DNA of 64,000 bases from a virus, in IMG/VR virus record IMGVR_UViG_3300025407_000799, positions 1 to 64,000 of that record; one strand, given 5' to 3'. Made by a program: the position numbers and the translations under genes. Below, in pieces: positions 25,781 to 34,970 of the stretch. A model generated the notes under the pieces. The model was not told the origin of the DNA. It saw only the letters and a program-made list of their open reading frames with translations, and made no database searches. Numbering within the stretch: the stretch's first letter is position 1; every line of letters starts with the position of its first letter.

Positions 25781-26172
25781 ACAATACACTAAAACAAGAT
25801 TGGCGTCCAAACAAAATGATCTGGGTCACCTTCCAAAAAGAAGGCATCCACTGTTATCCAGCGGCCGCAACTGATCCGAACCTAGCAACAGGAGATGAAT
25901 ATGATGTATCGTTTTTGGCTACTCCTCATCGTCATATATTCCATTTTCGCGTTTGGCTTTCAGTTACCCACAACGACCGTGATGTCGAATTCATCCAGTT
26001 CAAACGCTGGTTGGAAAATTTATACAAAGATAGTATACTAAAACTAGATTATAAAAGTTGCGAGATGATGTCAGATGATTTATATGACGTCATTTCACAA
26101 AAGTATCCAGGCCGTGAGGTTTGGATTGAGGTCTCCGAAGATGGAGAAAATGGTTCATTTATTAAATATTAA
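25777..26172 (+). CDS. queD: QueD-like (6-carboxytetrahydropterin synthase, T-fold)
   Basis: GIHCY...PHRHIFH zinc-His motifs, SCE, terminal VSED; context with folE/queE. Confidence 0.7.
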   Translation: MNNTLKQDWRPNKMIWVTFQKEGIHCYPAAATDPNLATGDEYDVSFLATPHRHIFHFRVWLSVTHNDRDVEFIQFKRWLENLYKDSILKLDYKSCEMMSDDLYDVISQKYPGREVWIEVSEDGENGSFIKY

Positions 26173-26183
26173 GGAAAGCTATA

Positions 26184-26444
26184 ATGGCTAAGAATTACAA
26201 GGACATCAACTATTTCGAAACTCGTCCTGATATCGTTAAATTGTTTGACGATCTAGAGGCATTTCACGATTGGTGCCGTACAGAACTTTGTGAGTTTAAC
26301 GAAGCTCACCTCTACAACAGAGAAAGTTGGCAGTGGCGTAACTTTGATAAGACACGCCGTCCCAAGAAGCCTTTTACAGGCGAACGCAAGCCTTATCTAG
26401 GCAAGAATCCACGTCCTTACAACAATGAACGTATTTCTAATTGA
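26184..26444 (+). CDS. Hypothetical protein
   Basis: AAGGA RBS; LFDDLEAFHDWCR; basic tail. Confidence 0.75.
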   Translation: MAKNYKDINYFETRPDIVKLFDDLEAFHDWCRTELCEFNEAHLYNRESWQWRNFDKTRRPKKPFTGERKPYLGKNPRPYNNERISN

Positions 26445-27513
26445 TCTAGAAGCTGTTGAGACTAGGTACACGGGTCAATGGAAGACTCATGTGCCTAATC
26501 TCTTACGAAAGGCAGGACACAATGTTCAAATTATATCGGGCCCTAGCGATATTCCTAGCGCCACTACTCCTGGTGCATTTCTCAATTTTGGGGGCACTAA
26601 TATTTATAAGGCAAGCCAAGTTGAACAGCTTGGAAGACTTTTTTGTGCAGGAGCCGTCCAGGCTGGCGATCATTTTATCTTTACTGATGCCTGGCATCCT
26701 GGTGTCATAAATTTAAAGTACATGAGTGAACTGTTGGGCATACCAGTAGTCATACATGGGCTATGGCATGCTGGTAGTTATGATCCTCAAGACTTTCTTG
26801 GTCGATTAATCGGTAATGCTAAATGGGTCAGACGTGCCGAACAAAGTTTCTTCCACGCATTTGATCACAATTACTTTGCTACTGAATTTCACGAACGTAT
26901 ATTCTTTGATAATTTGTTACACAACGGTATGCCTAATGAAAATCCTTGGTACGAAGACGATTGGAATGAACGAGTTGGCAAAATGGTTCGTACCGGGTGG
27001 CCAATGGAATATATGGACGATGTATTAACCATGTATAAGAACATGCCCAAGCGTGATCTTATTTTGTTTCCGCATCGTATTGCTCCAGAAAAACAAGTTG
27101 AAATATTTAGAGACTTAGCTACACACTTACCGCAGTATGAATTTGTAGTATGCCAGGATCAACAGCTAACAAAAAATGAATATCATAACTTGTTAGGCGA
27201 AGCAAAGATGGTGTTTAGTGCTAACTTACAAGAAACTTTAGGCATTAGTTGCTATGAAGGTGCTGTAGTTGATGCTATTCCCATGGTCCCAGATAGACTT
27301 AGTTATACTGAAATGTATTACGATATATTCAAGTATGACAGCAAATGGACTGAATCTTTTGATGCTTATACAGTATATCGTCCAGATTTATGTCGTAAAA
27401 TAATAGAACATATGGATAATTATTCTACTAGAATACCTTCCATACGCAAACAAGCAAAGGACTTACATGACAACTTCTTCAGTGCAACCAGTCTCCTACG
27501 AATGGTCAAATGA
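26425..27513 (+). CDS. GT-B fold glycosyltransferase
   Basis: FTDAWHP, WHAGSYD, FPHRIAPEKQ, LQETLGISCYEG (Ex7E-like). Confidence 0.8.
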   Translation: MNVFLIDLEAVETRYTGQWKTHVPNLLRKAGHNVQIISGPSDIPSATTPGAFLNFGGTNIYKASQVEQLGRLFCAGAVQAGDHFIFTDAWHPGVINLKYMSELLGIPVVIHGLWHAGSYDPQDFLGRLIGNAKWVRRAEQSFFHAFDHNYFATEFHERIFFDNLLHNGMPNENPWYEDDWNERVGKMVRTGWPMEYMDDVLTMYKNMPKRDLILFPHRIAPEKQVEIFRDLATHLPQYEFVVCQDQQLTKNEYHNLLGEAKMVFSANLQETLGISCYEGAVVDAIPMVPDRLSYTEMYYDIFKYDSKWTESFDAYTVYRPDLCRKIIEHMDNYSTRIPSIRKQAKDLHDNFFSATSLLRMVK

Positions 27514-27916
27514 TAGTACAAGTGCTGGGTTTATAGCCCAGGATATTATAAGCATCGATACTAGAACTATGGCTAATATCAGTGCTGCTGCCGGAGGAAC
27601 AGGCAATGTTACTATTAGTAACACGACTGGAACTAATTACTATTATACTGGCGCAGGTCTTAATAGTAGCGGTACAATATCTATCGGTGCGATTGGTTCT
27701 GGCGCAACTGTTACGCTTAATGGTGCCGGTACTGGATACGACTGGTCGCAATCATTTCCAGTAGATTTTGTCAACGCATTTCCTGACTGGGATAAAGTAG
27801 AAAAAATGTGTGAAGAATATCCCGGATTAAAAATAGCATTTGAAAAATTTAAGACAACTTACAAACTAGTAGTAGACCACTATGACACTCCAGAAGATAA
27901 AAGACCTAAGCCTTAA
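27467..27916 (+). CDS. Hypothetical protein, Thr/Gly-rich N-terminus
   Basis: ORF track; C-terminal MCEEYPGLKIAFEKF helix. Confidence 0.65.
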   Translation: MTTSSVQPVSYEWSNDSTSAGFIAQDIISIDTRTMANISAAAGGTGNVTISNTTGTNYYYTGAGLNSSGTISIGAIGSGATVTLNGAGTGYDWSQSFPVDFVNAFPDWDKVEKMCEEYPGLKIAFEKFKTTYKLVVDHYDTPEDKRPKP

Positions 27917-28376
27917 TTGGCTCGAACGCCATGACCGTAAACGTATTATTATGGATCGTACAGAAAACGAACCATACTTGGAACGCTACTATGTCTTGTT
28001 TAAAGAACGTGTGACATTTCCTTATAATGTTTTCTTACACAAGTTCTTAAAATCAGATCCAGATGATGTACATGACCATCCTTGGAATTACTTTACCATT
28101 ATTCTTGCCGGCGGCTACTACGAGTGGATTGCTCAGTTTAACGAAGACGGTACAAAGAGCTGTGAAGTAAGAGTATGGCGTGGCCCTGGTAGTTTCCGTT
28201 TTGGTAACACACATACCTTTCACCGTATCGAATTAAAAGAAGGCGTTACTCCATGGACATTGTTCTTTGTGGGTAAACGTCAACGCGAGTGGGGATTTAT
28301 TGTAGAAAATAAATGGATCCACTTTGAAAAATATTTAAGTGATAGAAAGAATGGCATACTTCCCAACACCAATTAA
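27882..28376 (+). CDS. Cupin (RmlC-like) protein
   Basis: HDHPW....ILAGGYYE and FHRIEL cupin metal motifs. Confidence 0.8.
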   Translation: MTLQKIKDLSLNWLERHDRKRIIMDRTENEPYLERYYVLFKERVTFPYNVFLHKFLKSDPDDVHDHPWNYFTIILAGGYYEWIAQFNEDGTKSCEVRVWRGPGSFRFGNTHTFHRIELKEGVTPWTLFFVGKRQREWGFIVENKWIHFEKYLSDRKNGILPNTN

Positions 28377-28749
28377 CGTATCAACAGCTAATCATGCTGT
28401 TCCTGTTCTAACTAATACTACCGTACCATATGGTGGGTATTTAACATCAACAGGAACTAACACCACTTGGACTACTGGTACTAGTGTTGCCAATCCTTAT
28501 GACACGGTAATGGTTATCAACCAAGGTGACCCTCCTCAATTAGACGTTAAAGGTCGAATGGTTATTAATGGACGCGATTTAGAAGAACGGTTGAATACAA
28601 TAGAAAAAGTCTTGAATATTCCAGAAAGAGATGTTATACTAGAACATAAACACCCAAAGCTCAAAGAGTTGTACGATGCGTACATAAACGCTTTGGGCAA
28701 ATATAGAACATTCGAAGCAATTAAAGGAGAAGACGATGGAACTACATGA
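28351..28749 (+). CDS. Hypothetical protein
   Basis: Thr-rich N-terminus; LEERLNTIEKVLNIPERD..LE.KHPKLK. Confidence 0.7.
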   Translation: MAYFPTPINVSTANHAVPVLTNTTVPYGGYLTSTGTNTTWTTGTSVANPYDTVMVINQGDPPQLDVKGRMVINGRDLEERLNTIEKVLNIPERDVILEHKHPKLKELYDAYINALGKYRTFEAIKGEDDGTT

Positions 28750-28966
28750 ATCAGTTAAAGACACCTACAAAGAAATAGTTATCAAAGAACACGACGGCTT
28801 TCGTCTTGTGTTGAAAAAACACGAAGTATTAAGCCCTAAGGGATTATTTGCTCTTGACTTAGAACAACAACATTTAAAAGATGGCGAGATTGTTGATAGC
28901 AATACTTATAATTACTTTATGACTCGAGAAGAGTTAGCCACATTGGCATCGGCTCTAACAGCATGA
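28736..28966 (+). CDS. Hypothetical protein
   Basis: AAGGAG RBS; coupled ORF. Confidence 0.7.
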   Translation: MELHESVKDTYKEIVIKEHDGFRLVLKKHEVLSPKGLFALDLEQQHLKDGEIVDSNTYNYFMTREELATLASALTA

Positions 28967-29454
28967 AGAAAGTTTACTATACCTGGCAACAAGTCGAAGG
29001 AGCATGTTTAGACATTGCTCGCCAAATGTCAGCACACAATTGGAAGCCTGACTATATTGTGGGTATAACACGTGGTGGACTTGTGCCGGCTAATTTACTA
29101 AGTCAGTATACTGGCATTAAAATGTCAAGTTTAGATGTTAGTCTACGAGACGGTGGCGATTGTGTTAGTAACTGTAGTATGAGTGAAGACGCATACGAAG
29201 GTAAACGGATTCTTGTTGTTGATGATATCAATGATCAAGGATCTACAGTCGCTTGGATTAAAAAAGATTGGCAGTCAAGTTGCTTGCCTGGCGAAACGCA
29301 ATGGCAACATGTATGGGGCGACAATGTTCGCTTTGCAGTATTAACACACAATCTCGGTAGTGAATTTAAAGATCCAGATTACTATGTTTGGACTGTAGAT
29401 AAGAGAGAAGAAGATTGTTGGTTGGTTTATCCTTGGGAGGATTTTTGGTTATGA
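28963..29454 (+). CDS. Type I purine phosphoribosyltransferase (Gpt-like)
   Basis: VGITRGG, LVVDDINDQGST PRPP loop, WLVYPWE C-terminus. Confidence 0.88.
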   Translation: MKKVYYTWQQVEGACLDIARQMSAHNWKPDYIVGITRGGLVPANLLSQYTGIKMSSLDVSLRDGGDCVSNCSMSEDAYEGKRILVVDDINDQGSTVAWIKKDWQSSCLPGETQWQHVWGDNVRFAVLTHNLGSEFKDPDYYVWTVDKREEDCWLVYPWEDFWL

Positions 29455-29651
29455 CATCAGCATTAGTTAAATTAATTTTAGGTATCGTATTTATTGTATT
29501 TGTTATCATTGTCGGCCCGCTAGTAGGTATATGGAGTTTAAACACATTGTTTCCAGTTCTGCACATTGCTTATACATGGGAAACTTGGTTAGCGTTTGGA
29601 GTATTGTTTGGTAGTGCCACTGGATTAAGTTTTGGATCTCGTAAAAAATGA
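29451..29651 (+). CDS. Small membrane protein
   Basis: Two hydrophobic segments; ATGA coupling at 29451. Confidence 0.65.
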   Translation: MTSALVKLILGIVFIVFVIIVGPLVGIWSLNTLFPVLHIAYTWETWLAFGVLFGSATGLSFGSRKK

Positions 29652-29827
29652 TTACAATAGATGAATTACGCAAAAAAATTGAATCAGTAGATTACGATAT
29701 AATGCAATTACAAAAAAACGGTGGTGGCAATCGGGCAATATCTGCATTACAAACTTACAAAGAATATTTGCAAGACGAGTTAAGGATGATGGAACATGCA
29801 GAGCGATCTAGAAAAAGCATTATCTGA
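29648..29827 (+). CDS. 59-aa hypothetical protein missing from the ORF track
   Basis: ATG 29648 to TGA 29827 (MITIDELRKKIE...), fills the gap and overlaps both neighbours. Confidence 0.65.
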   Translation: MITIDELRKKIESVDYDIMQLQKNGGGNRAISALQTYKEYLQDELRMMEHAERSRKSII

Positions 29828-30176
29828 CAAAACAGCTCCATGGACTGAAATCGAATATAGAACAAAAACTTTTTGGGTGTTTAAAGATGCATATCCAGTT
29901 ACCGAAGGGCATTTGTTATTTGTGCCTACCTACAAAAAATCTGAAAACTTATATGACTGTTTCAAAGCCGCATATAAATTTGGATATGACGGAGTTGAAT
30001 CAGAGAAATGGCAAGGATTTAATGTCGGACAAAATGTTGGGCAGGCTGCTGGTCAAACAGTAATGTATCCTCATATTCATATGATCCCAAGACGTACAGG
30101 AGATATGGAAGATCCCCGTGGCGGGGTTCGTCATGTTATTCCAGAAAAAGGAAACTATAAACTTGGAAACAGTTAA
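29796..30176 (+). CDS. HIT-family nucleotide hydrolase
   Basis: DAYPVTEGHLLFVP, FNVGQN.G.AAGQTVMYPHIHMIPR. Confidence 0.9.
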   Translation: MQSDLEKALSDKTAPWTEIEYRTKTFWVFKDAYPVTEGHLLFVPTYKKSENLYDCFKAAYKFGYDGVESEKWQGFNVGQNVGQAAGQTVMYPHIHMIPRRTGDMEDPRGGVRHVIPEKGNYKLGNS

Positions 30177-30375
30177 TGTTGTTTGGGAAATTGTAATACC
30201 GTGGCACAACCAGAATAATAAATGGTGGAATGAAGCATGTGCTGATGTAGTAGAAGTATTTGGCGTGCCGGGTGAACGTTTTACAAGTCACCCGCATGAA
30301 GATTGTATGCTGTTTCGATTCAAATCAAAAAAGGATTATCAATTATGCAAGATTCTACTTTCAGACAGAATTTAG
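30118..30375 (+). CDS. Hypothetical protein (start uncertain)
   Basis: WWNEACADVVEVFGVPG.RF motif. Confidence 0.6.
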   Translation: MAGFVMLFQKKETINLETVNVVWEIVIPWHNQNNKWWNEACADVVEVFGVPGERFTSHPHEDCMLFRFKSKKDYQLCKILLSDRI

Positions 30376-30548
30376 ACTTTTATAGTGTATTAGTACTAGG
30401 AATAGTGCTAGTGGTGGTTGCTGTTTACTACAATTATACACATCCCCATATAGTTGTAAAATACGATTGTAGTATAGCAGAAATTAGTCCAGATTATCCT
30501 ATTGCTGTTAAAGAAGGATGTCGCAAACTTCGAGCAAATAAAACTTGA
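30345..30548 (+). CDS. Small single-pass membrane protein
   Basis: TM helix followed by YDC..AEISPD.P..VKE.CR. Confidence 0.6.
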   Translation: MQDSTFRQNLDFYSVLVLGIVLVVVAVYYNYTHPHIVVKYDCSIAEISPDYPIAVKEGCRKLRANKT

Positions 30549-30573
30549 AAAAACCTAAATAAACCTATATAAT
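30545..30573 (+). promoter_or_regulatory. Sigma70-type promoter for folE (also contains CTAAATA)
   Basis: TTGAAA, 17-nt spacer, TATAAT; AGGAG RBS. Confidence 0.75.
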
Positions 30574-30591
30574 ATACACATAGGAGTAATA

Positions 30592-31320
30592 ATGACTGAA
30601 TCCAACACATATAATATTGACGAAGAAGAAGGCAGACCGTTACATATAGCCATTCGTGAACAAATGAAATCTCAAGGCCAACGATTTTGGGCTGGCGATA
30701 ATATCAGCGATTACGTCGATGAAGAACAAAAAGAAGTTTTAATCGAAGAAGCTACAGTAGCTTTTGAAAAAGTATTGGACACTCTATTAATTGATAGAGA
30801 AACAGATCCAAATTCGAAAGGTACTGCAAAGCGACTAGCTAAAATGTACTTTAATGAAATAATGAGTGGACGATATGAACCAGCACCAGACGCAACAGCA
30901 TTTCCAAATGATTCGGAGGACCGCTACGAAGGTATGTTGGTTGTCCGTAGTGAGCTTCGCAGTATGTGTAGCCATCATCACCAACCCGTTACTGGCGTTG
31001 CTTATATTGGCATTATTGCTGCTCAAAAACTTATTGGCTTATCTAAGTACACAAGAATCGCACAGTGGTGTGCCAGACGAGGTACTCTCCAGGAGGAACT
31101 TTGTAATGATATTGCTAGGGAAATCCAAAAAGCCACAGAAGCTAGAGACATAGGTGTGTATGTACAGGCTACACACGGATGCTGTGAGAATCGCGGTATT
31201 ATGGCAAAAAGTAGTTTAACACAAACTACAGTATTAAAAGGTGCGTTCAAAGACGACCACGGTACAAAGAAAGAGTTTTTTGATAATATTAAGATGCAAC
31301 AGGAGTATGCTTCAAAATGA
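30592..31320 (+). CDS. folE: GTP cyclohydrolase I
   Basis: T..RLAKMY, SMCSHHHQP, IGLSKYTRI, LQEEL, HGCCENRG. Confidence 0.95.
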   Translation: MTESNTYNIDEEEGRPLHIAIREQMKSQGQRFWAGDNISDYVDEEQKEVLIEEATVAFEKVLDTLLIDRETDPNSKGTAKRLAKMYFNEIMSGRYEPAPDATAFPNDSEDRYEGMLVVRSELRSMCSHHHQPVTGVAYIGIIAAQKLIGLSKYTRIAQWCARRGTLQEELCNDIAREIQKATEARDIGVYVQATHGCCENRGIMAKSSLTQTTVLKGAFKDDHGTKKEFFDNIKMQQEYASK

Positions 31321-31664
31321 TGTACCAAACGCCAGCTGAAGGCATTATGCAAACTAATGACTGGGGTAAGAGTAAAGTCTACCGAGTTGCCTGCGAGTGC
31401 GGTGCTTCGGAGCATGATCATCATATTTGGGTAGAAGCCGACGACCACGGTGAAGTCGGTGTCACCGTTTATACAACTGTACGAAGCAATTGGTGGAGTA
31501 AAACTCGCTGGCATGCTATTTGGACATTGTTAACTAAAGGTTACGTCGACACAGAGTCTACTCTGGTTATGCGTAAACAGCAAGCATTTAATTATGCTCA
31601 TACGCTGTTGAGTGCTGTTGAAGATGTAGAACAATTCAAAGAGGAACGAGATGCAGAACGCTAA
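31317..31664 (+). CDS. Hypothetical protein
   Basis: Coupled ORF with CEC....H motif. Confidence 0.7.
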   Translation: MMYQTPAEGIMQTNDWGKSKVYRVACECGASEHDHHIWVEADDHGEVGVTVYTTVRSNWWSKTRWHAIWTLLTKGYVDTESTLVMRKQQAFNYAHTLLSAVEDVEQFKEERDAER

Positions 31665-31881
31665 ACAAATAACTGATGAACTAATTTACCGTATGAAAAC
31701 TACAGACCTAAATAAGTTTGAGATCAAACGTGAAGTAGGCGACAATTGGTTGCCTGACGGAACTATTCCGTTCGATATTAGTGCCACTAAAGGTATTGCT
31801 ATTTTTACAGTATGGGCAGAAAGTGTTCAAGATGCAGAAGATCAAGTATCGCATTTTTTAGAAAAAGACAACAATGAGTAA
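31651..31881 (+). CDS. Hypothetical protein
   Basis: GAGG RBS; coupled ORF. Confidence 0.7.
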   Translation: MQNAKQITDELIYRMKTTDLNKFEIKREVGDNWLPDGTIPFDISATKGIAIFTVWAESVQDAEDQVSHFLEKDNNE

Positions 31882-32533
31882 AATAGACGAGCTATCATTT
31901 GATAGTAAATCTTTCTTTTTACCAAGCCATTCGATTAAAATTCATCGTTCACAGTTTGATAAAACTCTTTCTGCAAAGATATCAGAAATTATTTTACTAG
32001 AAGAATTTAATATACTTATAGGTACAAAAAAACCTGATCATGAAAAAGATGCAAGTTGGCTAACTGGGAGGCTTGGCGAGTATAATTTATTTGATTTCGA
32101 TTATCCAGAAATACAAGAATTTAAATCTTTTGTACGAGATCAATTTATCGATTATTCCAATAAAGTAGGACATACTATACCTAACAAAACATATATCCAA
32201 TGTTGGGCTAACATACTACGGAATAATGGAAGAAAAATAACAGCACATCACCATTGTACGGCTCATTCCGATGCGCCTCAAGAATATGCATACGTATCAG
32301 GAAATGTGTGTATACAAACTAACCACACTATGACTTATTATAAAAATCCTTTTAATGATTCAAAAGTAGGAATTTATAATATAGTAGGAGAATTAATATT
32401 GTTTCCATCTCATATTATACATTGGACTGATAATAACAACGACCCTGAACCTAGAATAAGCATAGCATTTGACATTATAACAGACAAAGTGTATAATATG
32501 ATAGATAATAAAAATTTTAGAGAATTAACATGA
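31874..32533 (+). CDS. Putative 2OG-Fe(II) oxygenase
   Basis: WANI.......HHH....YVSGNVCI...GELILFPSHIIH.......RISIAFDI DSBH pattern. Confidence 0.75.
   Translation: MSKIDELSFDSKSFFLPSHSIKIHRSQFDKTLSAKISEIILLEEFNILIGTKKPDHEKDASWLTGRLGEYNLFDFDYPEIQEFKSFVRDQFIDYSNKVGHTIPNKTYIQCWANILRNNGRKITAHHHCTAHSDAPQEYAYVSGNVCIQTNHTMTYYKNPFNDSKVGIYNIVGELILFPSHIIHWTDNNNDPEPRISIAFDIITDKVYNMIDNKNFRELT
32469..32497 (+). promoter_or_regulatory. Consensus sigma70 promoter for queE, inside the oxygenase 3' end
   Basis: TTGACA, 17-nt spacer, TATAAT. Confidence 0.8.
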
Positions 32534-33378
32534 GCAAAATTAAGATAGCGGAACTTTTCTACTCTATACAGGGAGAGGGTAGATATATGGGGGTGCCCAG
32601 CGTGTTCCTTAGAACTTTCGGCTGTAATTTCCGCTGTGCAGGATTTGGTATGCCTAGAGGCGAATCAAGTACAGAAGCAGAAGACATTGCTACCGTAGTA
32701 CATCATTATAACAAATACGAAGAATTACCTTTAGTAAGCACCGGATGCGATAGCTATGCTAGCTGGCATCCTAGTTTTAAAGAACTTAGTCCAATGCTTA
32801 CTAGCGATGCTATAGTAGACCGCATTATGGAGATTCTGCCACACAATGAATGGCTAGACGAGCATCTAGTTATTACGGGCGGTGAGCCATTACTAGGTTG
32901 GCAACGTGCTTATCCAGACTTGCTAGAACACGACAAGATGAAAGGCTTGAAAGAGATTACATTTGAAACAAATGGTACTCAAAAACTAACTCCTGAATTT
33001 AAACATTATCTAGGAGAATGGACTGCTGAGTCTTGGGATAGAGAAGTTACATTTAGTGTAAGTGCTAAGTTGCCATGTAGCGGTGAAAAGTGGGAAGAAG
33101 CAATCCTACCAGAAGTAGTGTGCGAGTACGAACAAGTTGGCACAGCATATCTTAAATTTGTAATTGCTACCGAAGAGGATAGAGATTACGCATTAAAGGC
33201 CGCAAGTGAATATCGTGCGGCTGGGTTTAAAGGACACGTTTACTTTATGCCAGTAGGCGGTGTTGAAAGTGTTTATAATTTAAATGCTAAGTCAGTGGCA
33301 TTGATGGCAATGCAACAAGGTTTACGTTACAGTGATCGGTTACAAGTGCCATTATTTAAAAATGAGTGGGGAACCTAA
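32530..33378 (+). CDS. queE: 7-carboxy-7-deazaguanine synthase (radical SAM)
   Basis: ELFYSIQGEG...G.PSVFLR..GCNFRC...GCDS, VITGGEP, FETNGT, RLQV. Confidence 0.9.
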   Translation: MSKIKIAELFYSIQGEGRYMGVPSVFLRTFGCNFRCAGFGMPRGESSTEAEDIATVVHHYNKYEELPLVSTGCDSYASWHPSFKELSPMLTSDAIVDRIMEILPHNEWLDEHLVITGGEPLLGWQRAYPDLLEHDKMKGLKEITFETNGTQKLTPEFKHYLGEWTAESWDREVTFSVSAKLPCSGEKWEEAILPEVVCEYEQVGTAYLKFVIATEEDRDYALKAASEYRAAGFKGHVYFMPVGGVESVYNLNAKSVALMAMQQGLRYSDRLQVPLFKNEWGT

Positions 33379-33379
33379 A

Positions 33380-33523
33380 ATGTTTTTTATGTCTTGTTTT
33401 ATAATTGGTTGGATAGTATTAATATTATTATTATTGCGTTGGGTAAAAAATGTACCGACAGCATGTACTGGAAATTGTAATCAAGGACGTAACTGTACAT
33501 GTAGAGAGAAAAAAGATGATTAA
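33380..33523 (+). CDS. Small membrane protein with Cys-rich tail
   Basis: TM helix followed by CTGNCNQGRNCTC. Confidence 0.55.
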   Translation: MFFMSCFIIGWIVLILLLLRWVKNVPTACTGNCNQGRNCTCREKKDD

Positions 33524-33953
33524 AAACTTATTTAGAAAATGGTTAGGTATTGACCAATTACAAGCCGAAAAAGAAGCACTTCAAATTGTTAGAGATAAAG
33601 CAGTTGCCGAAACTTATTTGGCTCAGCAACGAGAAGAACAAGCAAAAATGGATCCAAAAACTCGTGCAACCGCTAGAGGAGAGCCCTGGGTAGCTGTATT
33701 GGATACTCATGTTAATAAAGATAATGTTAGAAATGGCTTCTTTGAACTTGACTGGAATGATGAATTTATAGTACAATTAAAACAAGCTGGATACGGCTTT
33801 GAAGGCGATCCAGATGAAGAAATCGTAGACCGTTGGTTCAGAGATTTAGCCGGCAATATGCTTGCAGAAGCAGGTATTGCAGAACCAGAACGTGTCGGTG
33901 CTGGATTTATTAATGTAAGTAAAATAGGTGGCGGAAAAGCTGAAGTTAAATGA
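33516..33953 (+). CDS. Conserved phage protein
   Basis: GEPWVAVL...NGFFELDWNDEF...IVDRWF; start re-called at ATG 33516. Confidence 0.75.
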   Translation: MIKNLFRKWLGIDQLQAEKEALQIVRDKAVAETYLAQQREEQAKMDPKTRATARGEPWVAVLDTHVNKDNVRNGFFELDWNDEFIVQLKQAGYGFEGDPDEEIVDRWFRDLAGNMLAEAGIAEPERVGAGFINVSKIGGGKAEVK

Positions 33954-34969
33954 CGTATATTTTAGTTGATACTGCAAATACATTCTTTCGTGCTAGGCAC
34001 GTTGTTCAAGGGTCAGCCGATATTAAGCTCGGCATGGCATTTCACATTACACTTAACAGTATCAAGAAAGCATGGAATGACTTCGGTGGTACTCATGTAG
34101 TATTCTGCCTCGAGGGTCGAAGCTGGCGTAAGGACTATTATAAACCTTACAAAGCTAATCGACAAGAAACTCGTGCAGCTATGACACAAAAAGAACAAGA
34201 TGAAGATAAATTGTTCTGGGAAGCATTTGACGAATTTAAAAATTTCATTGTAGAGAAAACTAACTGTACTGTAATGCGTCATGAAAACTTAGAAGCAGAT
34301 GATTTGATTGCAGGTTGGATACAAGCACATCCGCATAGCAAACACGTTATTATTTCGACAGATGGAGATTTTGCACAATTAGTAAGTCCTACTGTTAGTC
34401 AGTATAACGGTGTAGGTGATTTACATATTACACACGAAGGAATCTTTGATGCCAAAGGTAAACCCGTTAAAGACAAAAAGACAGGCGAGCCAAAACCAGC
34501 ACAAGACCCGGAGTGGATGTTATTCGAGAAATGTATGCGTGGTGATACCAGTGATAATGTCTTCTCGGCGTATCCAGGTGTGCGTACTAAAGGTTCTAAA
34601 AACAAAGTTGGTCTTACTGAAGCGTTCGAAGATCGTAAAGCCAAAGGATTTGCGTGGAACAATCTCATGCTTCAGAGATGGGTTGACCACAATGGCGAAG
34701 AACACCGTGTACTAGAAGATTATCAACGTAATGTACAGTTATGTGACTTGACTGCACAGCCTGACGATATTAAAGAAAAGATTAAAGATACTATCAATAC
34801 TAATGCTAGACCTAAAGAGGTTACGCAAGTTGGTATCCGTATGCTCAAGTTTTGTAATGCTTGGGATATGAAAAAGATCGCTGATAACATTCAGCAATAT
34901 GCAGAACCATTCCAAGCAAAGTATCCTGAAAAAGATCTTACTTGGCGCACACTAACCCAGGAGAATTAA
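33950..34969 (+). CDS. rnh: T4-type RNase H / 5'-3' flap exonuclease
   Basis: LVDTAN, SWRK.Y...YKANR, EADDLI, STDGDF.QL, GDTSDNV. Confidence 0.92.
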   Translation: MTYILVDTANTFFRARHVVQGSADIKLGMAFHITLNSIKKAWNDFGGTHVVFCLEGRSWRKDYYKPYKANRQETRAAMTQKEQDEDKLFWEAFDEFKNFIVEKTNCTVMRHENLEADDLIAGWIQAHPHSKHVIISTDGDFAQLVSPTVSQYNGVGDLHITHEGIFDAKGKPVKDKKTGEPKPAQDPEWMLFEKCMRGDTSDNVFSAYPGVRTKGSKNKVGLTEAFEDRKAKGFAWNNLMLQRWVDHNGEEHRVLEDYQRNVQLCDLTAQPDDIKEKIKDTINTNARPKEVTQVGIRMLKFCNAWDMKKIADNIQQYAEPFQAKYPEKDLTWRTLTQEN

Positions 34970-34970
34970 A

